Shown piece after piece: positions 1-13,200 of a stretch of DNA of 60,000 nt. The stretch spans positions 4,156,001 through 4,216,000 of the forward strand of contig CM119372.1 in NCBI GenBank assembly GCA_051294905.1, given 5' to 3'. The DNA comes from Botryllus schlosseri (taxonomy: Eukaryota). How positions within the stretch are numbered: the stretch's first letter is position 1; every line of letters starts with the position of its first letter. Both the position numbers and the translations under genes were made by a program. The notes under the pieces are model-generated. The model was not told the DNA's origin. It did no database searches and was given only the letters and a program-made list of their open reading frames with translations.

Positions 1-639
1 ACATATATCATTTCGCCGAGCGGAGTAGTTTCCTTGCCCTGTTTTGGGAAAAAGTGATACATTTATAGTTGTGTGCACTCAGGCATGTAATGGATCAATC
101 ATTTCGCCGAGAATTATTTGTTGCATTTGTTTTGTACGGAGGCAAGCAGGCAACTTATGTTATCAGCAAGGACTGGACTGGGCACCTAGGTGAATTCAGA
201 CTCAAGTTAGATCTGCTCTAGCTTGACTTATATCAAATCTATAGTAACATAGCATTATGGATCTATAGTAAATCTATTGTAACATAGCATTTACGACTCT
301 AGTATAGCCATAACCACACCGCACTTACGGACCGAGCAGAAGTTGGCCTACAAATTCTCAGCCTACAAATTACCAAACGTTACCATCGGGTTAGTCACCA
401 CAAAGGCCATGGCAGCTACATTACAGCCACAAATATATTCGATAAATACTATCATTATGATCAGCTAAATATATTTATTTGATTGATCTCGACACGGAAT
501 AATCTATAACGCCCTGCAGTATGCGACATCACGGGCCCAACTCAATAAACAGAATTGCAAAATGTGGCCGCTATACTACTATCCTGGTTCGCATATAGGG
601 AATTACTTCCAGTCAGGATGCAATCCTTAAAGCGTGCCA

Positions 640-2308
640 CTTTTTTTTAACGTCATAAGCTTATATCATTCAATTGGACAAATCCTAGAAACACTTAATA
701 TTTGATCAAAAATCCTGGATGATGTCGAAATTAGAAGATGAATGTCCCCGTATATAGAGAATCCTCATACAATGGGGATGCAGGATGGATACAATCCTTG
801 GGATTCGCAACTTTTCAACGTTACAAGGTTAAATAACAGCACTAGACCAATACTAGAAACACTTTATGGTGGATGAAACGATCCCGGGCGATGTCCAAAT
901 TAAAAGATGAATACCCCCATATATAGAGAATCCTTCCAAAATAGGGATGCAGGATGGATACAATCCTTGAGATGCGCAACTTTTTAACGTCACATGGTTA
1001 TACAACAACACTAGGCCAATACTAGAAACACTTTATGGTGGATGATACGATCCCGGGCGATGTCCGAATTACAAGATGAATACCCCCATATATAGAGAAT
1101 CCTTCCAAAATAGGGATGCAGAATGGATACAATCCTTGAGACGCGCAACTTTTCAACGTTACAAAGTTGTACAACAGCACTAGACAAATGCTAGAAACAC
1201 TTTATGGTGGATGAAACGATCCCGGGCGATGTCCAAATTACAAGATGAATACCCCCATATATAGAGAATCCTTCCAAAATAGGGATGCAGGATGGATACA
1301 ATCCTTGAGACGCGCAACTTTTCAACGTTACAAAGTTGTACAACAGCACTAGACAAATGCTAGAAACACTTTATGGTGGATGAAACGATCCCGGGCGATG
1401 TCCAAATTACAAGATGAATACCCCGTATATAGGGAATCCTTCTAAAATAAGGATGCAGGATGAATACAATCCTTGAGACGCGCAACTTTTCAACGTTACA
1501 AGGTTATATAACAGCACTAAACAAATACTAGAAACACTTTACGGTGGATGATACGATCCCGGGCGATGTCCAAATTACAAGATGAATACCCCGTATATAG
1601 GGAATCCTTCTAAAATAAGGATGCAGGATGAATACAATCCTTGAGACGCGCAACTTTTCAACGTCACAAGGTTATACAACAACACTAAGCCAATACTAGA
1701 AACACTTTATGGTGGATGATACGATCCCGGGCGATGTCCGAATTACAAGATGAATACCCCCATATATAGAGAATCCTTCCAAAATAGGGATGCAGGATGG
1801 ATACAATCCTTGAGACGCGCAACTTTTCAACGTTACAAAGTTGTACAACAGCACTAGACAAATGCTAGAAACACTTTATGGTGGATGAAACGATCCCGGG
1901 CGATGTCCAAATTACAAGATGAATACCCCGTATATAGGGAATCCTTCTAAAATAAGGATGCAGGATGAATACAATCCTTGTGACGCGCAACTTTTCAACG
2001 TCACAAGGTTATACAACAACACTAGGCCAATACTAGAAACACTTTATGGTGGATGATTCGATCCCGGGCGATGTCCGAATTACAAGATGAATACCCCCAT
2101 ATATAGAGAATCCTTCCAAAATAGGTATGCAGGATGGATACAATCCTTGAGACGCGCAACTTTTCAACGTTACAAGGTTATATAACAGCACTAGACAAAT
2201 ACTAGAAACACTTTACGGTGGATGATACGATCCCGGGCGATGTCCAAATTACAAGATGAATACCCCGTATATAGGGAATCCTTCTAAAATAAGGATGCAG
2301 GATGAATG
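640..2308 (+). repeat. 168/169-bp tandem array, left arm (9 conserved units plus 1 diverged outer unit)
   Basis: The marker ATCCCGGGCGATGTCC recurs at 881, 1050, 1219, 1388, 1556, 1724, 1893, 2061 and 2230, with a diverged unit near 712. Confidence 0.95.
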
Positions 2309-3620
2309 AGAAGGATTCTCTATATATGGGGGTATTCATCTTGTAATTTGGACATCGCCCGGGATCGTATCACCCACCGTAAAGTGTTTCTAGTATTTGT
2401 CTAGTGCTGTTATATAACCTTGTAACGTTGAAAAGTTGCGCGTCTCAAGGATTGTATTCATCCTGCATCCTTATTTTAGAAGGATTTTCTATATACGGGG
2501 TATTCATCTTGTAATTTGGACATCGCCCGGGATCGTTTCATCCACCATAAAGTGTTTCTAGCATTTGTCTAGTGCTGTTGTACAACTTTGTAACGTTGAA
2601 AAGTTGCGCGTCTCAAGGATTGTATTCATCCTGCATCCTTATTTTAGAAGGATTTTCTATATACGGGGTATTCATCTTGTAATTTGGACATCGCCCAGGA
2701 TCGTTTCATCCACCATAAAGTGTTTCTAGTATTGGCCTAGTGTTGTTGTATAACCTTGTGACGTTGAAAAGTTGCGCGTCTCAAGGATTGTATTCATCCT
2801 GCATCCTTATTTTAGAAGGATTCTCTATATAGGGGGTATTCATCTTGTAATTTGGACATCGCCCGGGATCGTATCATCCACCTTATAGTGTTTCTAGTAT
2901 TGGTCTAGTGCTGTTATATAACCTTGTAATGTTAAGAAGTTGCGCGTCTCAAGGATTGTATCCACCCTGCATCCCTATTTTGGAAGGATTCTCTATATAT
3001 GGGGGTATTCATCTTGTAATTCGGACATCGCCCGGGATCGTATCATCCACCATAAAGTGTTTCTAGTATTGGCCTAGTGTTGTTGTATAACCTTGTGACG
3101 TTGAAAAGTTGCGCGTCTCAAGGATTGTATTCATCCTGCATCCTTATTTTAGAAGGATTCTCTATATAGGGGGTATTCATCTTGTAATTTGGACATCGCC
3201 CGGGATCGTATCATCCACCGTAAAGTGTTTCTAGTATTTGTCTAGTGCTGTTATATAACCTTGTAACGTTGAAAAGTTGCGCGTCTCAAGGATTGTATTC
3301 ATCCTGCATCCTTATTTTAGAAGGATTTTCTATATACGGGGTATTCATCTAGTAATTTGGACATCGCCCGGGATCGTTTCATCCACCATAAAGTGTTTCT
3401 AGCATTTGTCTAGTGCTGTTATTTAACCTTGTAACGTTGAAAAGTTGCGAATCCCAAGGATTGTATCCATCCTGCATCCCCATTGTATGAGGATTCTCTA
3501 TATACGGGGACATTCATCTTCTAATTTCGACATCATCCAGGATTTTTGATCAAATAATAAGTGTTTCTAGGATTTGTCCAATTGAACGATATAAGCTTAT
3601 GACGTTAAAAAAAAGTGGCT
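2309..3620 (-). repeat. 168/169-bp tandem array, right arm (7 conserved units plus 1 diverged unit), inverted
   Basis: GGACATCGCCCGGGAT (reverse complement of the left-arm marker; one copy reads CCCAGG) recurs every ~168 bp from ~2350 to ~3370, with a diverged unit near 3530. Confidence 0.95.
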
Positions 3621-4268
3621 CGCTTTAAGGATTGCATCCTGACTGGAAGTAATTCCCTATATGCGAACCAGGATAGTAGTATAGCGGTCACATTTTGCAA
3701 TTCTGTTTATTGAGTTGGGCCCGTGATGTGGCATACTGCAGGGCGTTATAGATTATTCCGTGTCGAGATCAATCAAATACATATATTTAGCTGATCATAA
3801 TGATAGTATTTATCGAATATATTTGTGGCTGTAATGTAGCTGCCATGGCCTTTGTGGTGACTAACCCGTTGGTAACGTTTGGTAATTTCTAGGCTGAGAA
3901 TTTGTAGGCCAACTTCTGCTCGGTCACTTACGGTACTATATATACAGGAGTCAGGACCTACGTCGATTTATATTATATATATAGTGGTGCCGACTGGTGC
4001 CATATGCAAATTGAAAAAGTTGTTGGCATGGATAATGAGTTGACCTATCCATAATGACAGACAATACGACAATTTATAATAAAATCATTGATCTTATTCA
4101 TGTATTTCTCAATTTATATTTTTATTGATTAATATTACAGTATGTCTGTATGTGTATAATTGGTAATATTGATGATATAGCATTTTGCATATTCATGTTT
4201 TTATCAGCGTATAGCTTAGGCTTTGCTTGTATTGTTCTCCCAGTACGCTTACTTTAAAAACTCTCACA

Positions 4269-7200
4269 ATGTCAGACAAAGCGGATAGGAAAGCCGAATT
4301 AGAGAGGAAAAAAGCCTATCTGGCGAAGATACGTGAAGATAAACTGAGGAAAAAGAAAGAGGTGCGATTTGTATATTTTCTCAATTTATAAGATTCAAGA
4401 ATAATTATATCAAAGTGATAGAGCTAGGTACCATATCGGTATTTTCCATGACTCACTGGCTAATTAAATTGAGGTATATTCACAAAAAATGGTATGGTAG
4501 GCTTATATCAAATCAATAGAAAAGCAACAAAAGACTGAACGTGAAACAACCGTTCTGAATATGCTACTTCATTTAATTAGTAATCTATATCGTCGGATAT
4601 ACCGGTAGCCTATAGATTTGTTCTTGTAGGAAAGTATGAAAATTCTTTATAAACTTGTTACGGTGATCAGTATCTCTTTGCCTAGTTTGTGTTTGCGTAA
4701 CCAGTGCCAAAGTGTTATCTTGACCATTCTTTAGGTTACCTACTGCGAATGTTCCAACATAATTTTCATCAGATTTGATACATTGCGAACATGCTATATT
4801 TTGCTCTGTGAACGTGTTCTATTTTTTTTCAAGTTTCATATTGCAACCATCCTTTCAGGCTGTAGCTGACTTGATGATCTCCCAATCCCTTTCCTACAGC
4901 CTGGTTCTGAATTAAATTATATAGACTTTGCTTTGTCATGTATACATGTATTTTCAATGCTCGTGGAACCGAATAAATTCACTCTCTCTCTCTCTCTCTC
5001 TCCTAACTGACTAACAATACCAATAAATATATTGAAATTCACCATCAGTATCAGTTTATTAACATTTTATCAACCATTTTTTACGCAAATTTACATCAGA
5101 CTCGTAAATATAAGTTACCATATTTTTCTTCTACCTATACATATAATGTTATAGTTGGAGCATCATTGGCTGTCCTGTTTACGTTTCTGTATTTTGTGTG
5201 GAAATTGTAATACTACAGTACAAAACGATCTTAATTTGATTTCTCACTTGCTTCTACATTAGAAATAGCAAATTTTAATCCATTATGATTGGTATGTATT
5301 ATAATGCATACAATGTATCATTTATGGATTAGAGATGGTATTTACAGTAGCCTACAACAAGAATCATTGAACAGAAGACTCAGATCAGCTAATAAGGTGA
5401 AACGAAGCTAATCGCACGCTTTTTATTGTAGCATGAAGAGGAAAAGAAGGCGGTGACTGTTGCGACGGATTTGGAAAAGAAAAGGATCGAAACAGAAAAT
5501 CTTCTAAGGGACATTGGTGTTGCGGATACCCCTGTCGGTAAGATTTTGGCTACAGATCTATAATTGCTTGGAAGGATCAGCATTTATGAGAGCGTAGGGC
5601 CAAATTCCAAATTAGAAAGAAATGCAACAAAATTATATACAAAATATACGGTTCTCCTGTAGCATTTTCAGGAAGACAAGAAATTACATTCGAATTAAAA
5701 TGAGAGAATGAACCATTTCACGAATTAGATTACCGGTAATGGCATTTCTCTCAATTAGTCCGAGTCTAACTAGTATCATTATGCAGAATAAAATGAAATA
5801 TAACGCAGCCATTGCTACTGTATAGTAGGTTAACTTAATGAAAAGATCGCCATGTTATCAGAGCGTGCTCAGGAAGAATTTTTCAATATGTCATCATTTC
5901 GATGTCACAATGTAACAGTGATTACACTGACTAATGAGTATGTTCCGGTGTGACCGTGCCACAAATACCCAAATTTCTAAATTGATGTGTAAATGGTGGT
6001 CTACGGACTTAACATTGAGTGGTTCAAATTACAATGTGACAGTATTTTTAGTAGGCCTAGGCTACACAGTGATGGTGTGACTTTAGCTGTCCTTGACGGT
6101 GATATTATCATATTTTAGTTCCATCCTCGAAAGTGTCTCCCTCAAAGTCTGCGGCCGCTGCGATTCCTGCTGCGGCTGATCCAGGAGGAAAAGCAAGGTA
6201 TGGTTCACTTTTATGTTATCTTCATAAACAATCAGTTCTTCGCCTTTTGTTTATTGGATAATAGCTTTATATATTTGTAATGATTTTAATATACTAAAAT
6301 AACATCCGATCAGGCACACGTCAAGAAGAAGCAAAATCTTCACCAGGTTAGGACTGAGTGAATTAACAGGATATCATACTCTTGATTCCATTAAGAATTA
6401 TCTTTTCTTGTTTGTTACCACTGTTAGATTGAAGTGAGTTGCAATGAAACTAACCCGCTGATACTAGATGTGAGATACGTAACTTTGAATGTGTTTGCGC
6501 AGCGCCGCTAGTGTGGATCGCTGGATATGCATAGAAAACGATATTACGATGTCTGAACAGGATGAATGCGATGATGGGTAAAAGATTGTAGTAGTCGGGC
6601 AAAGATTGCTTGGAAAATATATATTTTCCATGTTTTTTGCTTCTTCACTTACCATGCTATGTTGAAGTAACATGGTGTAGCGTTTAGAAAAGCTCGATGT
6701 ACTGGGGCTCTTCAAAAATAACTTTATTTTTCAAATTTTACTGGATACTTTATAAAATTGTTAGGTTACCTAAAAAAACGCTGCACACCAATTTTGGTTG
6801 TGTGGAAAAACGATGTAGGCCTGCAACAAATTTCTCTCAATTCCAACCAGTAGAAGCGAAGGTATTGAAGTACAAAAATTCTGGATTTGGAAAAATAGTA
6901 GGCTTACCTATTTACAGTGGCAATTGTTTCAGCGCTTCTTCGTTTTCCGATCGCAACAAGCCAGTGTTCCCCCATGGCACCAATAAGGGTTACAGGTGGG
7001 GATATTAGGGTTAAGCTTGGGGTAAGGAAAGATTTCCCCAAGATTCGCGTTGGGGGTGACGGATATTAGGGCTGAGTGAGAGTATCGTGTCCATCAACTG
7101 GGGTGAGTCACCCAAACCCTAATCTTAGGATACCCTTACCCCAACCTTAACCCTGATATCTTCCACCGCCAGAGTTGTAACCAAGTCAAAAGATTCCGAG

Positions 7201-10200
7201 TCACAAGTCAATCTCACTTTTATAGTTTTGACTCAAGTCAAGTCGAGTCATTTTCAATTCACCACCGAGTCGAGTCCGAATCCAAGTCATCGAGCAGAGG
7301 GTCGAGTCCGAGTCATGGTATTATGATTCGAGTCCAAGTCATTGTGTTGACTGCTCAGTTCCCAGCTAAAGTGTTGGTAAACCCACTTTTTATAAGTCTG
7401 TTGGTGATATCGAATGGTTCGCATTTCCTCACTTTTTAGCAGTTTCTGGTCTCAAATTAAATTACCAGTACCGATAGACGAAATGCCAATAAGGTGGTTA
7501 CTTTACTACTCTTCGAAATTACAATGAAATGTCTTTCTTGGCCGTCTGAGTCTCAAGTCATATGACTTGGTTCGAGTCATGCGCAATGACTTGAGTCCAA
7601 GTCGAGTCATTTTGGTATTTTTAGAAAATGACTGGAGTCAAGTCGAGTCATTGAAAAATCGTGACTTGAGTCGAGTCATGTCTCGAGTCATTACAACCCT
7701 GCCCACCGCAACCCTAATATCCATCCCTCCCAAGGTTAAAAACAATTTATATTAACGTGTTCATGGGAAAAATTGATTGGTGTCATGGGGAACACTGGCT
7801 TGCTGTGATCGTACAACAAAGAAGCGCCATTCTTTCATTACTTATTATATTTATTTTTGAACAGCCAGTTATACACAGTAGTCGAGCATTATAGTTGTAT
7901 TTTCGTTGTTGAAGATTGATACACATAATCTTGTGCTGCTCTTGTGAAAAATGGGACTCGGGTCATCCCAACACTGCCAATATTTTGGTATATAGCTGCG
8001 TGATGATAAGCTATTGATAAGCTTCTACTTTTTTGCAAACCTTGTTCTGATAACATTGGAATCGCGGACGTGTGGATTATTTGCAAATTGCGTTTCCCTT
8101 CTGCCTATCCCCGAGGCGCCAAAGCAGTTTGGATTGGGATCAAGAGCCAAGCCTTGTAGAACTTCAAGGGTACAATATGATATCATGGTACAGATGGCGG
8201 TGTTTTTTGTCCCACATTGCTCGTGTGTGCTTGATGGTTACGGGGTCTGCGCAGAATCTTGTCTATGATTGCAGTTCTTGGAGTGGAAATGAATTTATGT
8301 CATCTCACCTGGAGGTGCTCGAATTATTCCTACAGAAGTAGTATTAATAGTGTTTAAATTCTACGAAAGAGAATTACTTGAAGTGTTGACTTGAATGTAA
8401 TTAAGAAGTAGCTATTTCTATAAATATTTAATCATTTAAGCAGCGCAAGGAGGAATCTGTAATAGCTACTTGATTACCCAAGAAAAGTAGATCTGCTTCA
8501 TTGATAACCTGACTTCCTTTGGCATTGTATTGCTGAATCTATTGCGCAAGATATTCAATTTGTCAGAGTTGATTTTTTTTCAGCGACGATTTTGCAATAA
8601 ATGGTGACTATTTGAGTGAGCTCTTCCAATTATGTAAAATTATATGCCATCATTGTTTTTTGCCAGTGACTTGTTAACTTGAAATACGATATTTCCAGGT
8701 CGGCTATATCTTATCACATGCGATTTCAGATCTGCGGAACAGAAAATACTTGATCATAATAGTTTGCACAGAAAACGCACATTGTATTCCGTCATGTCAT
8801 GCATGATACTGTTGATGCGGGGCCTACGATAGGCCCCGGTTGATGCTTTTGTAAACCTAATCCTGTAGGTTGTAGCGAATGTAATAGAATTGGTCTTGGT
8901 GCATGCTGTTGATTGGGTCTGTTGTGCTGTGTTTAGTTGTTGGGATTCCTTCGAATATACTCCGATGTTCGTGCAGCCATGAGCTTTGATAGAGGTTTGG
9001 TATTGTCATTTGTCATTGTCACTAATTTGGTGTATTGGTGTGTTTGCCAAGCAGCACAGTAATGTCTTTGTCGTAGAAAAATCTTGAGACCTCCGTATCC
9101 ACGCAGGCCGCGCCGACAAGCAAAACTTGACTTGAGCAAAATAACAGTGACGTCGATAGCTCCCAAGGAGGTGGTGTCGTATGCCAAAGAAACTCAGACG
9201 CCGGTGCAGGAAACGCAGCAATCCGATGGTAGGCCACTTTTTTCGGAGATTTTAATTTTCGTGTTATTTCAACGTATCTTGTTAATAGATGAAGACGGAC
9301 AGGAGGAGGAGAAAATCCCCGTTATTGCTGATGAAGATGAAGAGGAGGATGACGCCAAAGAAGAGGAAGGTGAGATCATGTATGAGAGTTAGAACTAGGC
9401 ACAATGATTCGTGATGATTTTTACGAGTATTGAAATTATACGCTTCTTTCCACTAATAGTAAATTTATCAACGAGAATTATAGTTTCGGCACTATTTTAC
9501 GCAATCTGGGGAACATTAAACCTCGATTGGTTGTATCGCTGCATACAAAACCATTAGAGCTAGGCACATTGGTGAACTGAAGTCGTGATCAAACCACAGC
9601 GTTTTCACAATACGCAATGAAATAGGTATGGTCGGAAAAATACCGAATAATCTTTAATTTGATGTATAACTGGAGTTGCATTGTCTGTGGTCACGTAAAA
9701 GGTGCATATCTTAACTTTCCCCATTTTCCATAGTGTGTTGACGTCATACTCAGGGATATATGGGAATTGACATGAAATATATTTGAAAACAGGTATTTGA
9801 TTATGATGGAAAGCCTAAGCCTACCTGTTATCTCTTATTTGATTAGTATATTGATATTGAAATGAACCCGAATATTTCCGGCTAGTAGAGAATTGGAAAG
9901 AACACTTGTGTACCAACAATCGTTATCTCTTAGTTCAACGAGAGCTGAGCGAAGAGGAGAAGAGAACTATCGAAAACTCTGACGATTACATGTCATTCTT
10001 GAACCGCACGTCAAGGTTTATGGAGAGAGCCCTGGTGCACAAGTTTGACCTCTTTACCGAGTACAACTTGCAGCAAGACGAGGAGAGGTGTGGTAACACT
10101 GCGGGGTCATCATGTTGTGTTGTTTATTTCAATTATATTTTTTTAGCGAGGCGGATAAAGGCGCGAAATTGTCGTTGAATCGTGTTTTCTCTGACGAGAG

Positions 10201-13200
10201 ATGGTCGAAACATCGACTGGTGACATGCCTGGATTGGAGTGAGCAGGTATAGCTAGTACATTACCCCCATAGGTGGTGAAAAGTAATCAACTAAGAACAC
10301 TACAAATAGGTGCACTCTTCAGATGTATATTTAGTTACCATGATATAGGGTCAAAACATTTTTTTTGCGGATTCCGGGAGACTGATCAAATTGTTAGGTT
10401 GCCTAAAAATACGCTGCAAACCTCGATTCCAATTGGTAGGTGTAAATGCACTGGAGAGCAGGGCTTTGGAGCAGCCGTAAATTTAAACTGCTCCGGCTCC
10501 GGAGCTTTCTTCTATCATACATTGGCTCCGGCTCCAGCTCCGGAGCCGCATTATTACCACTGCTCCGGCTCCGGCTCTGAAATTATCGAATGGGCCTGTC
10601 TATAATTGAGGTGGCCAACCCGCGGGCCAAATTTGGCCCGCGAGAGAGTTTTGCGTGGCCCGCGAGAGGTAATTTCCTATTATATTATCGAAAATGAATT
10701 GCTCAGATTGTGAAATTGCAACGCCAACCAAATATTACAAGTATGGCTGCGACACTTGGGATGTTGATGACAAAAAAATCAGTTCCGGCGCATTGGCAGA
10801 TCCAGGGTCCAGTCACATTTTCAGTAAATCGTCGTACATTACAATAAACTAAAATAGTAGTGAAATTTTTCTTCACGTTCCGCGTGTTCAATTGTCACAC
10901 GATTTCTTGCTTGGTAGCCTACCCATTACTGAAAATGAAAAAAGTACCCGATTGAGTCCAACCGTATTCGCAATTACGGGAGAAAGTCTTTTCGCGTTTG
11001 CGCTCGCATAACGATCGTCGATGGTGAAATGTAGGCACAAAATGATTGTCGCATATTATCGGAGACCTTCGATATCGATGTGGTCAGACGCCGAATAGTC
11101 GTGTCCTTGCAAACTGAGCCTAGCGGGCGGTATACAGTAGACCCGCAATATACTCAAGTAATAATATTATTGACCTAGTTTGTTTATAAACTTTGAAAAT
11201 TTTACCCGCTTGGCGCGGCTAGTGGACCGCGCACTCGTTCGTGAATTGCATGTGCCCTTTTAGCCGAAAAGGTTGGCCATTCCTGGTCTATATAGAATAC
11301 TAATCTACCCATAGGTTAGTTATCTATAGTAAAGTAATCTAGAGTCTGTCAGCCGTCAGTAACATCCGATGTAGCAACGAAGACATAGGTGCCGTCGTGC
11401 CGGCTTGTGACGTCATAATAAATACTTGTCAATTGTCGATAACATCATAGTTGCACTAGAACGCACTTTACTCCGTGTCATTGCTGTGCACAGCATTAAA
11501 ATTCAGGCCTGCTGTTGAATTATGATAAATCAGCAGATGTGGTTGTTGCATATATAATAGCATCTTATGAAATACGTCGGAGCCGGAGCTACTCCTCAAA
11601 TAACGGGCTCCAGCTCCGGCTCCGGCTGAATTTTTGGTAGAGCTCCGGCTCCGGCTCCAGCTCCGGTGAAAATGCACGGCTCCGGGGCTCCGGCTCCGGC
11701 TCCAAAGCCCTGCTGGAGAGGAGAGAAAATTTTGAATTTATTATAAAAAATTTGAATTCTTTTCTTCCAAATTGTCCAAGTTGTCTAAAAGAAAGATGCT
11801 TAACAATTTTAACTCGCTTCCAACTGGTAGAAGCAAAGTTATTGCAGTTAGAAATTTTGGAATAGCAAAAATTGCCTCGACGGTGAGTAATCCCAGCATT
11901 GATAATGAAAAACTCAAATAACTTTGCCTCTACGAATTGGAATTGCGCCGAATTTGTTTTGCATCGTTTTAATAGACAATTAACCAAATTCATGGGTTGT
12001 CAGTAAAAATTTTTAATTTTTTTTTAAATTTTTTGTAGCAAATTACAAATTTTCAAACTCCTGTGCGTTCACATCTACCAGTCGGAATCGAGCCAAATTT
12101 GGTGTACAGCGTTTTTTTAGGCAAATCAACAAGTCAATCAGTGAATCCCCGGAATCTGGTAAAAAAAGTGTTGTTGAACAACCCGACTGACCGGTGTTCG
12201 GTCAATACCGAGAAAACCATTGCCGAGAAATGAGAATGGACACCACAGAGAATGGACGTTACCGAAAATAGACATTACCGATAATACAGTATATGCAATG
12301 CAGGCATATGTGTTGATTCTCAGATATAAATCTCGACAACGTCTGTCCAAGTAAGTTAGATTCTTGGCATTGGCCATTCTTGGTAATGTCCATAATGGTG
12401 TCTATTCTCGGTAATGGCACTCTATGTAATGTCCGTTCTCGGTAATGGTTTTCTCGGTATTGGTATGGAACCCTAATGACCACCTCTGGTTGCTCCAATA
12501 ACTGGTACGCTTCCGTCTCAACACTGATTTTTCCTACCAAAATTTGCAGTACCCAGAACTTTGTGTTGCATCCTATGGCTCGAACGAAGAAGCCCCATAC
12601 GAACCAGACGGCGTTGCGTTAGTGTGGAACAGTAAATATAAAACAACATCTCCCGAGTGAGTCTATTGCGTTGTTCTTTAAGTCTTGTATATGACTAACA
12701 GGTACCGGCTGTCTTTAGGTACATTTTTCATTGCCAGTCCGCGGTCACAGCTGCTTGTTTCGCAAAATTCCATCCCAATCTGATCGTAGGTGGGACGTAC
12801 AGCGGCCAGATCGTGCTGTGGGACAACAGAACGAAAAAACGCACGCCCGCGCAACGTAGCAAACTTTCTGCATCTGCCCATACGGTATGGGATTGTACTC
12901 TATTGAATTTTCGACCTTCATGTGTTGAATATCGAGCACTTTTCAGCATCCTGTGTTTTGTGTCGATGTGGTGGGAACGCCAAACGCTCATAATCTCATT
13001 TCCATTTCGAATGACGGAAAGCTGTGCGCGTGGAGCCTCGATATGCTCACCCAACCTCAAGTAAGTTACTGTTTTGTGGTGTTGGGACTGGCGCTGACCA
13101 ATATATTGGGCTAATCTATATATCGGGATGGTATGTGTCTCCTTAGAAATCAGAACAAACAACGGGCCCAGAAACTCTGCCATTGGTTTAATGGACGGGA

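Larger units (their letters stand above)
331..3924. mobile_element. Foldback (FB/MULE-type) non-autonomous DNA element: giant inverted repeat with internal tandem arrays
   Basis: The left end ACCGAGCAGAAGTTGGCCTAC (331) is the reverse complement of the right end GTAGGCCAACTTCTGCTCGGT (3924). The arms stay near-identical to a junction at ~2308. The direct repeat CACTTACGG flanks both sides (322-330, 3925-3933), giving a 9-bp TSD. No ORF is present. Confidence 0.9.
10347..12183. mobile_element. Palindromic MITE family C, carrying two nested hAT MITEs
   Basis: The arms AAATTGTTAGGTTGCCTAAAAATACGCTG and CAGCGTTTTTTTAGGCAAATCAAC are homologous to the intact copy at 20049-20709. Boundaries are approximate. 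Confidence 0.65.

Noticed and set aside
640..3620. CRISPR-like array, or coding/ribozyme repeat, in the 169-bp units
   Set aside because: There are no unique spacers, no cas genes, no ORF and no CTGANGA core seen on either strand, and the context is eukaryotic.
331..3924. Fold-back chimeric read or assembly artefact
   Set aside because: The arms differ in unit number and at scattered bases, and a perfect 9-bp TSD flanks the element. Long reads would still be the definitive test.
7000..7160. Interstitial telomere (TTAGGG-like motifs; also ~31870)
   Set aside because: These are only scattered imperfect units inside repeats, not a tandem telomeric array.
11468..11993. ORFs with PEPEP/AGAGA repeats (also 10273-10605)
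   Set aside because: They are translations of the (GGCTCC)n subterminal repeats of a MITE.
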